DNA from: Kudoa neothunni
Taxonomy: Eukaryota; Animalia; Cnidaria
Direction: 5' to 3'
Length of the DNA: 64,000 nucleotides
NCBI GenBank assembly: GCA_964304625.1
Contig: OZ199840.1
Coordinates: 10,239,220 to 10,303,219, forward strand
The translations under genes and the position numbers were made by a program. The first letter of the stretch is position 1. The number at the start of each line of letters is the position of its first letter. Of the stretch, positions 40,801-51,975 are shown piece after piece. Under the pieces are notes generated by a model. It had not been told where the DNA came from. It ran no database searches and saw only the letters and a list, made by a program, of their open reading frames with translations.

Positions 40801-43800
40801 ACATCAAGCGTTGCTTGTCGTGAAAGTGCAATGTTGTTGACTGCTGAAAAAGGACACAATGAATTTATGGAAATGCTCCTACAACGCAAGTTCCCAGTGG
40901 ACTGTCGTAATAAAAAAGGTCAGACTCCATCATGGATCTCAGCTACAAATGGATTTTTAAATTGTCTCATTTTGCTGTACGAATATAAAGCCAATATTGA
41001 ATTACCTGATTATGGTGGTGTCACTCCTTTGTTGAGTGCATTCAAAAATTGCCACATTGAAGTTGTGGAGTGGTTGGTCAGTAAGGTTGATCAGCTACCT
41101 TCATTAGGAGTGTGTCGTAAACACATGCTGAAATGCGCTGCCCCTCTCAAGTCCAAATATGAACACACTTATGATATCCTGAGCAAAGCTATACATCGTA
41201 AAAGTCAAATTGCTGAAATGAATGCAAATCGATTGTTGTTGGAAGAAGAACGAGTAAAAAATAAAAAGAAGAAAAAGCGCAAAACTAAAAAACCTAACAA
41301 GCCAATCAAAGAACCTGAAGTTGTAGTTACTGCTAAAATCAAATCATCACCCATTAAACCACAAATATTGGCAACCTCTGAAATTTCTACAAAGTCAGAT
41401 GACGAACTGCCACTCGATAATGAAACCAAATCCAGCAATCAGGAAACAGACTCTATTAAAAGCACAAATGAAATTAGTAGTGAGCAATTAAGTGGTGCCA
41501 CTTCGGATGAAGAATCAGAATCCGATGGATGGATTTCTAATCAACAGCAACAGCAATCCCAACAATTACAACCTCACATTTCCACTCATTATTCACACCA
41601 ATCGCAATCTTTGGCTGTACCCTCATCGAAAAAAGTGTCAAAACCTATCAGAATTAATTTGGATATGGCCGAATCGATCACTGAAGTTATCTACATCAGT
41701 AGAAATTCTGTGAGTAGAACAATTGGACGAAATGGATCAACCATTAGTGCTGTAAAATGCAAAACCTCCACTTATATCGATATTGATACCGTCACCGAAT
41801 TTGAAGGTGGTAAATTGTGTAAAACGGTGATTATTGGCAAAAAGGATGGTGTCGAACAAGCTAAGCGTATATTGAAGTCTATTGAAAACAACTCTCCGTC
41901 TGTGATGGATGAGTTAGTATCATTTATTGGTGAATATGCACAATTCAATTTTACCAACACAAACCAACCCTCCAACGCTATTAGCAACACACAAAAAACA
42001 ACCTCACAAGAACCTGCTGTCGCTACCAGTACTAATCACAAAAAACCACCCCAAATATCTGTATCTTCACGTATCCCTTCTTCCTATAAACATTCGGCAG
42101 AACGTGCTGTTCTCTCCTCTACTTCTTCAACCAGCAATCTGCCTTCATCTGTAGCATCAACCCCGCCCACCACCAGTTTGAATACTGTTGTTGTTGGTGC
42201 TACTGCGGATAAATCTAAAAAGCTCAAATCCAGTAATTTGGCTAAAGAATCCAACCCTTCTTCTCCATCTGGTACTTCAAGTCAGTCCTTTGTGTGTACT
42301 CAAAAAACCCATAAACCACCACAACCTGTCATTAAAACAACCACCGTCACTTTGAAGGATAATCATTCTCGTAGTAGAAAACCATTCTCTGCCGATAAGT
42401 CACCATCAAGTGGCTTTCCAACACGTTATGTAGCTGCTACTGGTGCTAAAACTAAGCCAAAAGCTTCCAACGATAGAGCAGCAACAACCGCCAATCGTCA
42501 ACAACATAATGACTCTGAAGCTGTGGATATTTCTTGGTTTCCCTTGTTGAAATCGTCCGAATATCTTCCTGCGCGTGGAGTTGCTGATACTAACAACACC
42601 GATACCCCTGCTCAAAATTACAATGAAGTATTAAATGAGGTCCAGAAAAATTCATTCCCAACATCTCTTAATGAATCCACTTTGATCGGCCTTCCGTGTA
42701 ATGAGAGAGCATTTGCTACACTGAATCCAAGCTGCGAAAGTTTAAAACTTACTCCGGGAAAAGGTAGAAAAGGTGCTCCTGTATCAAAATTGACCAGTAC
42801 CAAATATACGGATTGGAAAAGCATTCTACAAAATGCCCACAGCAAGTATCCATCCTTCGTCAGTACCATCGATAAGGAAACTTTACTGAGGGTTACGGAC
42901 TCATTGGCCAAAGACATCAGCTCGATTTCTAATGACGCTATGAATGATATTTCGACTTTGAACCAACTGTACAATGATAGATCAAATACAACAAATACTT
43001 CCACCAGCCGACTGTTAGAAAGTTACCAGGATAACTTCAATTTTAGCAGCCTCGGTTATCACAGTTTAACCACAGATCCACTCACTTCTTCTATACCTCC
43101 TAATTCCCACCAAATGTCGTCAGCTATCCCTGGAATGCATGATTCATCGTCTGTTCCATTCAATTACGGATTTCCTATGTCTTCTAACCAACAATATATG
43201 ACTGGCACTGAAGGTGGCAACCACAGACATGGTACTGGGATAAATTTACCCCAGAATTCTTCTGTCTCATCAATGCACAATTCTAATTCGAGAAATGTCG
43301 ACGCTAATATACACCATTCTGGTGTTGCCCCTGTACCTCAATTTCATCCAATTCATCCTTCTCCATTGTCGCCTTCATTAGCAGCTACCGGAGGCCATTT
43401 CAGTATGTGTTTCTATTTTCCTGATATCATTTTTATGTTTCAACTGTTTTAATGTGTTTAGTAATACCGGCGTGCAATCCCCATTTCTTTCAAAGGTTTA
43501 ATAATGCTCGGCAGGTAAATTTACCCTGTCATAGGCGGAACTACTCTTCTACGTTCCCCTATGTAAATGATGCAACTTTCGATTACAGCACAGCCAATTT
43601 CGAACAAAATTTCACGAATATGAATAATCCTCGTCTTGTACGAACTACTACTATTTCTTCTTTTCTTGAGAGATATAACCTAATGGATCTCTACGAATAT
43701 ATCAAATGCTCGGTTAATTCTATGGACGAATTATTAGCCCTGAATGACAATCAACTGCTCGATATCAATATTCCTGTGGTATGTTACTACTTTTTTGTAC

Positions 43801-43970
43801 TGGTATACATATATATATATATATATTCTATTCTATAGCGATACATTCAAACACTTCGAATCGCTATGAACGATTTTCTTCTCAATAACTCAACAGTTCC
43901 TAATAATTCAGCTAATTTTCATAGAAATTCACAAGGTTATAACTTTTATCAAAATGAATATAATTCTTAG
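34858..43970 (+). CDS. ANKHD1: Mask / ANKHD1 / ANKRD17-like protein (two ankyrin blocks, KH domain, putative C-terminal SAM)
   Basis: Approximate exons 34858-34941 (tentative), 35460-35598, 35833-36051, 36101-36246, 36294-36507 (two 1-nt frame breaks), 36562-36793, 38240-43402, 43462-43778, 43839-43970. Two ankyrin arrays, a basic segment (ANRLLLEEERVKNKKKKKRK) and a KH loop (VSRTIGRNGSTI) match the Mask architecture. Confidence 0.88.
36578..36630 (+). repeat. AAC/AGC trinucleotide repeat encoding a poly-Asn/Ser tract
   Basis: NNNNNNSNSNSNNNNNN, in frame in Mask exon 36562-36793. Confidence 0.85.
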
Positions 43971-45504
43971 TTTACATCGATTAAACTCGTTTTTTTGCGT
44001 GTTTTTAAGTGTGTGGCGTTTTATGGACCTATAATTAAGAGATAGGTAAGATACCATGTGTTGGAGATCTCTTGGATGTGAATCTTACGTCGCATCAACA
44101 AGTATTGGCTCTTTTTGCATTTAAATGGTCCTTAAAATGTTCCATTAAGTGTTTTTACTACATAATAAATTCATCTAAATTTAAATCAATGTTTGCTGAT
44201 TCATTTTAATTTCTACACCTCCACCTCTTATGGGGACAACTCCGCACTCCTTATCAAAGGAGTTACATGTATTTATTTGTTGGTAGAATAGTATAAAAAA
44301 GAAAATAAGGAGTTTATTTTAAATCAGGGACGTGAAACTAGGGCCCGCGCGCTCAGTTAATGCGAATCTCAGAAAATTGTATATTACTCAATATTCACTA
44401 TGTATTTATTCTCATTGCGTAAAAGTTATTTTCTCAAGTGATGTCACCTTTTCGGTTTTAAATGAATTAATTTAAAATAGAAAATTGTTGTTCTACTTGC
44501 ATTCTAATGGTAGTACAAAGGACTATTTCCGAATGTTGCGGTCTCCTGTCTTAACATTTATCTCCATGCTGCTCGCGAAAAAAAAGTTTCCCCACCCCTA
44601 CTCCAAGATATGTAAAGTGTTCATATGCAATTACATTATCTAAATAAAAGAAATTTAAATTTAATGCAAAATGAGTTAAACAGTAATTTACATATTCTAG
44701 ACGTATTATGGATTAATTAATAGTACATTAAAAACTATTCACTAAGGCATTATTTATAGGAAGAGGTTCTTGGTGCTGTAGAACTTAATCCAAAATGGCG
44801 TCTACGCTTTCGCACAATAAAATTTTAACCTCAGCAACTCTTACATTCTGTTTACAGATTTAATTTTTTAGAACATGCTAAATTTAATTATTTTTCGTCA
44901 CTTAGAGCGCAACAATGAACACGAAATAATTAAATATAATCAAAGCTAAAGTCACTCGAATATTATTTACCGTGTCAATAGCTATTTTTTCTATTATTAT
45001 ATAAAGGGAATGGTAATTGACACGAATATATTTAATCTTAAACGACGTTTACGCATTTTCAATAATCGTAATTCCTGTTTATCGTCTATACATAAAGTGT
45101 ATTTATTTGAATCTGATACAGTCACAACTATACCCATCTAAATATTACGATCGGTGTCAATAATAACGTCCTTATTTAGAATATTGAGCGTTATGGTGAT
45201 GAAATTTTATCCTTGCATTCAATAAAAGACATATTTCTACCTTTGAAAAGAAATAATAATTATATTATAAAAAATTCATTTGGATTAAGAATAAGTGGAA
45301 TTTTAGAAAATTTCAACAAAATCTTTTTGCTATCATGCAAAAAATCGTAATGGATAAAATACTGTTAGAACATGTAATACTACTTTAGCTTATAAAATGA
45401 TGTTATTCATTGAAACAATTTATTAAACCTACAACTCTTCCCAAATTATATTAATATTAGTGTAGTAAGAGGATTCGAAATTATTGCAAAATTCTATGAG
45501 TTTA

Positions 45505-46612
45505 TTATAAAGTAGGGTTTCTTTGGAAAAAATTGACACCAACACGTTTTCCTGGGATTAGTTCAACTTTAGATCTTTTGAAATTGAACTGATTATTACA
45601 GCACATCGGAGGGCACATTTGAGAACAGTAAACAGAGCATTTAGGGTCACACATGAGAGGATAATTTGAGGGGGGTAATATGGGAGGAGGGGGACCTAAT
45701 GCTCAAGTAGAAATTGCTCTCAACATCAATCTAAAGGAAATATTTTACGTGGTGGCATTTGGTTAAACATTCCAAACCCGGATAATCCAGGTAGTGTTGG
45801 AGTATTCATGAATGATGTAGCTGGTTGAAGATTGAAAGCAGGCATTGGTTTTGGGGCGGGTTTAATTGATGCGGGCCAAGCAATACAACATGAAGGATCA
45901 CAATTGGAAACGGCCGGGTTAAGACATTCGTCAGATAGGAATTTGCAATTTTTGGGACAGAATTCCAATATATCTGTCATATTTGCCACATCTAGAATAA
46001 TTTTTGTTATTTTTAACTACTCTAACTTGATTAGCTCACCAATTTTTAAAGAGCTAGACTTGAATAGATAACATCCACAGTCACACATTATTGCTTTAAA
46101 GAACAAATGTATGTTTCCTTTAACTTCTTTGGTGAATCGAATCAACATTTTGGCATGCACATGTCCATTCATTTCTCTAATAATAACATACAATATTTTA
46201 AATTAGAAGTATTGAGAGGAATATACGAGAATTTCACTCCAAATAAATCCAGGAAAAAGTCGTTATCAGCATAAACTCTCAAAAACTATCACAAATTAAT
46301 TTACAACTTGTGACACTTATTTTACAAAATTTTGAATTTGCTCCCTAAGTTTATTGATCTTCTCGGAACCTTTCTTGCTGAATTGATCATCGTAAGGTTC
46401 GTTTGTTTGCAAATATATCAAATAATTTATTGCTATCAACAAAATTATTTGAATGGCTCAAAGATTCATTATACCCTTGTTTTCACGCAGTTTTAGATTT
46501 CCTATTTTACAATTGTTGGTGTTGAATACATTACAAGGAGGAATTTCGTTCAGGTTTGCCAAAAATGTATTACAACATTGGTGGAATACTTTCTCTACAA
46601 CACATTCTCCAC
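45505..46612 (-). CDS. Nematocyst/polar-capsule-type protein region: SEA-like domain, Pro-rich linker and minicollagen cysteine-rich domains
   Basis: Six exons with GT-AG introns of about 40-55 nt splice in frame. Canonical CRD CDPKCSVYCSQMCPPMCC (45598-45651) preceded by PPRPPPPILPP and followed by KRSK; a widened CRD CPKNCKFLSDECLNPAVSNCDPSCC lies upstream. The 5' start is unresolved. Confidence 0.8.
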
Positions 46613-46815
46613 CTTGGTTTATCAGTTACGTATCATAATTTTTTAGAAAAGCAAAAGGAGAGAACATCGGCGATTAAACAAAAAATTTAACAAATATTAT
46701 TTATATAGTAACCTTTATAAATAAATTTTTAATATTAAATATATTCCAACTTGATAAATTAAAATTTTGTAAATAATTCAAATATTATAGTCACCATTTA
46801 TTCAATATATTATTT

Positions 46816-48848
46816 CTACTGATGGTGATGAGTAAGGAGATCTGAAAGAATATTAAGAATTAATATCAGTCAATAAATCACCAATGAAGTTCCGTTTTTT
46901 AAAATAATAGTCATTTTTGTGAATTTATTTCATTACCTGGGATGGTTACATTACCAGATGGACACCCTGGTTCTATACATGGTGTCCTTCCTCCGGAACA
47001 TTTTAAACACTGTGGGCATTTCATACAAGCAAGTGGTAGGTTGATTTCAATTGTGTTGCAATCACCACATTTACAATTATCACAGACACTTGTGGATGTG
47101 TTGGAAGGATTAACTGTATTCTAATAGATATCATGTTTATTAATTTCAATCTTTGTGAATATTTTACGGATGATGAAGTATTCACTGTGGTTACACTTTG
47201 TCTAGAATTATAATTTTTTAGATTAGAAGTTTTCATCAAAATTGCCAATATACGATGAATCTTGTATATTGTTAAATGAAGTTGATAATGGTTGACCAGC
47301 AGTTCCAGTACTAGTACTACCAGTTCCTGTATCTGTACTTGTGCTACCAGTTCCTGTACCTGTACTTGTGCTACCAGTTCCTGTACCTGTACTTGTACTA
47401 CCAGCCGTATTTGCTAAATCACCAGTTGAAGACGGCTGTGAAACTGATCCATCGTCAGAAGAAGTCCCAGTTGAAGATGTATCTGACACTGACTCGATTC
47501 CGTTCAAATTACCAGTTTCAGATGTTGGCATACTTGCTTCACCTCCAGTTGGGGAACTAGATCCAATATAATTACAAGGTCGGAATAAATGAAATGTTTG
47601 TTTTATACCTTTGAACCTCAGCTGCGGCAGTTCCGACATCATCCATGCTTGTTAGTGTAGTTGATGATCCTTTGAATAAAGTTTAGAAACGTCTTACACA
47701 TTAACCAAAAATTGCGTGTACCCCCCGGAGGATTTTTGTTATTATTAACCCCAGATCCTGGTTTACCCGACCCCTTATTGGGTTGCTTGCCAGAACTATC
47801 TCCTGACGAGGTAGTACCAGCACTTGCACCTGGAGAAGGTGCGCTACCGCTACTAGCGGGGGCAGATGATGCTGAACCGGGGCTGCCTCCCGATGAAGTT
47901 GGAGTATTAGAACTACCAACGTTATTTAATTCCGAAGCTGAATTAGACTTCATCCCGTTATCATGCCCACCAGAAAACCCCATTTCTGAGGAACCCTTGC
48001 TACTTTCTGACGACGATCCCATATTATCAGAGTTAATATTATCATTAAGTCCCCCTTGCCCACTACCACTAGTTTCGCCTATACCGGGTCTTGAAAGGCT
48101 GGAACCTCCTTCTAATAAATTGCCACCCCCTGAATAAGACCCGAGATTGGAATCATTACTTGATGTTCCAGAAGACATGCCATCACCACCTAGAGTTGAG
48201 GAAGTTGGTGAGCCAATAAAATTAGCTATAATCAGGTGGTTAAACATGCGTTATGTTGTCTCTCATACGATCGGTGGATGAGCCCATTCCTTCTAAACTT
48301 GAATAGCCAAGTGAAGGATCAGACAAGGAATTTGCTAAATTATCATGTTGACATTAATGTGGGGTAGCTGTCGAAAAATATACAACTAGTGGGAGTTCCT
48401 TCATTATTGTAATCAAGATTTGCAATTGAGGATCCAGAAGTTTTTTCCACGACATCTCCACTACTGTCTACAATAATTAGATAATTGTCTCATGCATTGT
48501 TAGTAAATAAATACCGAGGTTTTGTTGGCTTCCAATTTCTGTTGAATCGGTTGGGCTTGTGCTTTCAAAAAGTGGGTCATCTTGTAGATTGAGAAAATTG
48601 GAGCGTTTATGGGATCTAGATTTGTGCAGAATTCTATCATGATTGCGGTGCTTTTTACCTACACCATAATAGCAACATTTAAAAAATACATATTTATCCT
48701 CAAAACAGATATACATTCAATTGTCAGTAGAAAAACTAATAATATTAATATTTTCCATATGATTTTTCTATTAAACTTATCCTACACATATGTGAAAAGA
48801 ATTATTTTCAGAAAAGTTCCATATAATTTAATTTACCTGAAAAATCAT
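46816..48848 (-). CDS. Secreted Ser/Gly/Thr-rich protein with KR propeptide and a 10-Cys domain (may be the N-terminal part of the 45505-46612 gene)
   Basis: Spliced start MIFQDKFNRKIIWKILILLVFLLTIECKKHRNHDRILHKSRSHKR|SNF..., about 11 exons, long S/G/T low-complexity region, then CDNCKCGDCNTIEINLPLACMKCPQCLKCSGGRTPCIEPGCP. Confidence 0.75.
47305..47402 (-). repeat. 27-nt coding tandem repeat (GSTSTGTGT, about 3.5 copies)
   Basis: Unit ACTTGTGCTACCAGTTCCTGTACCTGT repeated on the + strand. Confidence 0.85.
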
Positions 48849-49193
48849 AATCCTGTTTTTTGAGAACAAATATGGTATCTCTTGTGTATAGGTGGTATCA
48901 GATTATTCAATCAAATACGACTTTATTTACTTTTGTTAAAGGTATGAAATTTTTCTCTATCGACATTAAAGATGCTAGCAAATTTTGATTGATCTATTCA
49001 TTGGTGTTATACAGCTTCATTTGTTGTTATGGTTCGAGTTATAAAATTGGATTTAGACATTTTCCCATAAGTAATTGGAATTTTTGGATATATAAAATAT
49101 CAGATCTACGTTATAACTTTGTTTAAGGTGTTGGATTGGTTTCGAGAACTTAAGTTCAGTTTGAATTCACGTTTTCTTCTCGTTTAAGTTTAA

Positions 49194-50352
49194 CCCTCGA
49201 ATGTGCTAAAAATCGACTTCACTCCGATAAATTTTTGGGCAAAAAATTATCTCAGATTTTTATTTCTCCATTCGAACCATAAAAAATATTCGACCCCAGA
49301 AAATCAAAACAGGTATAATTCCATGGCTGGATTCAGCCGTAAAACAAGTAACATCTGAGTAGTAATCTTCATAATCCTACGAAAACTGTATTCATTAAAA
49401 TCCGCAGACAATTTTTGATTAAAGTTTAATGTTTGAGTAGATTTCATGTTTATATCATGTAATAAGTATTTTAATTATTATATGCGCAATAAAATCGAAC
49501 ATTTAATGAGAATAAAATTCGCAAACACTCAGAATGAATTTTGCAACAGTTTCATACAACTGAAACAAGCTGTAATGGGTTTCTTATCAATTTGTCGTAG
49601 AAAACATTCAAACCTTGAAAATATTGGTCATTTATTCGGTGTTCTGATTTATAGCATAATATAAAAGGTCGAACTCTTAGGATTTTGGGCTTCAAGATTG
49701 TTTCTTTCCATTAATGGAAAGATATAATTTTGCCACATTTAAAAAACTTTTTCATAACAATATCATCTCAAAAGTTTTTTTTTGTAAATTTAACACGCAT
49801 TTATAAATAATAAATCCATTAAATGGAAAAACACCACCATAGGTCGTCTTTACTGAATATAGATTGACCCGAATTCTCAAAGTTTCTAATATCGTCAGAT
49901 TCTTACTACATATCAGTTGTAAAGTATTCATACACATTTTGAAGGAATTTGGTTCATGGTTTTAACTACTACCGATGAAATCCATCCTCGTTACCGCTAT
50001 GATAAAGTTAAAAACACATGTCACGTGATCATCGGTTGAGGTAATAATCGTATAACGTCAAATCTATCCATCAGATACACCTGAAATTTGATTTTATTTA
50101 TAATAATTATTTTATTTATCGATTGATGTGAAAAAAATCTTGGGTAATTTTTTACTCTAAAAATTCATTCGAGTGTTATCTTGCTATAAGTTTTCTGATT
50201 TTATATTTTTAGTCCTAATATTTTAAAATCATGTATTACTCTCCTTTTTCGAAAAGTAGAAAAAATTCGTATCCTTTGAAGGGCAAACAAATCGTGTACA
50301 CAACCAATAACTTCTTGTTGGGGTAAAAATTTACCCCAAATTCATTAGAGGG
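49194..50352. mobile_element. piggyBac-like non-autonomous element, inverted copy of 26990-28252
   Basis: TTAA|CCCTCGAATGTG ... CATTAGAGGG|ATAA; near-identical internal block (MRNKIEHLMRIKF appears twice in the ORF track). Confidence 0.8.
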
Positions 50353-51975
50353 ATAATGCGTCAAATATCATTTAACAAACACCATGCTATCTATATTTTT
50401 ATTGCATTTCTTCTGTCTATTTGTGTGATTAAATCATTATAACGGGACCGAGATTTTAGTGTTCCAATGCGGACGTCGATTCACTACTTATTTTACTATT
50501 AATAATGAAAAAAAGACATATTATGATATTTCTTAACTTTTATAATAAAATTTTCAAAACATGAATTTAGGAAAACGAATAGGAAGACAACGACCAAACT
50601 CTCCAATAATCATACCAATATTTTTCTGGGTTGTTTTCGTGATTTCTCGGATTATTTTAAAATATCATACCAAAAATTAATACTCATGAAATTTTCAAAT
50701 CACATGTAATTAATTGAAAAATTAAAATTATGAAAATTTAAGTCCTGTCATTATAAATTGAAAAAGACTGCCTGTTGATTCAATAAACACGACTGATTTA
50801 ATTTCTTGTGATATATTCAACAATTTTTTATTTTTTGAATCGCCTTTGAATTATACCAGAAAACCTTGTTTAGCAATAATGTTTCATTAAGTCTTCAACT
50901 TTTATTTTAATTAATAAGGGAATAATACAATTCTATTTCATTACCCCAAATTATTTATCATATAATTAGTAAGCATAAAAATTTCACCAAATATTGAAGT
51001 ATCAATTGGGTTTTCTAACGAATTTAGACAAACTAATTTTTCTCCCCACAAGCCCGTATTTCTTAAATCATTATTATAAAAGCTACGTGTGATGTATAAT
51101 GCAAATTTTAGATTATCATTATTTGAATAATGTATGGTAAACATGATATTAATGTCTGGAAAGTGCGCATGCGTTATAGTAATTTCTTGTATATACAAAT
51201 ATTTTTAACTTATTATTTGGATTAAATTAATTCATTTAAAAAACCCTTTTCTAAATAAAAATGGCGCGCACTTTTATATCTATTAATGCAAACTTTAGTA
51301 TGGTAGAGGCAGAGAAAGGAGGTCAGCCGAATTTTTTTAGAGTGATTTAGTTTAATTTTATAAAGTTGAAGTTTTGAATATCTTTTCCAATCCGCAAAAG
51401 ATGGATTTATCAGAAACGTATTCAAAAAATCTGGCTTACCATGAGACATTAAATTTAATTCTGAATTATTTTAAACATAATCCATTATTGTGAAATAAAT
51501 AGCAGGCAAAGGCTATTGGCACAGTAAATTTTAATCCTAAACGGCAGTGACGCACGCGCACCATATATTTTTTAATCCCGGTAACTTTTACTCGCAAAAT
51601 ATGTGTAGATATAATTTTTTAGAATATACCATATTTAATTATTTTTAACGCATCCCTTCACTCTTAGGGCCGGGTATAATTAAACATGGTCAAAACAAAC
51701 TACGCATGAATATTATTTGCCGTGCAAATGACCATCTTTTTTTAAATAGTAAACTAAAATATTTTATATTTCAGCTTTTTACATTTGATAGTTAGCATCA
51801 CACCAATGAACACAGAAACATTTGTTTGCATTATTAAGAGAGTGTATGTTTAAATTCATGTGTGTTAGGACTGAGGAGTGTTTATAGACTTGCCAACACA
51901 CACAGAAAATAAATAACACAAATAAAAACTATTGTCTACATTTTGTGATTGTTTTCAAGTTCATGTACATGATAA

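Noticed and set aside
47339-48137. Plus-strand Pro/Val-rich ORFs
   Set aside because: Antisense shadows of the Ser/Gly/Thr-rich minus-strand exons
45505-48848. True minicollagen gene
   Set aside because: CRDs and polyproline are present but there is no Gly-X-Y triple-helix run
50700-51460. Possible spliced minus-strand gene (donor CATG|GTAAGC; ORFs 50941-51198 and 51222-51449)
   Set aside because: Could not be assembled into a stop-free model; no recognisable homology
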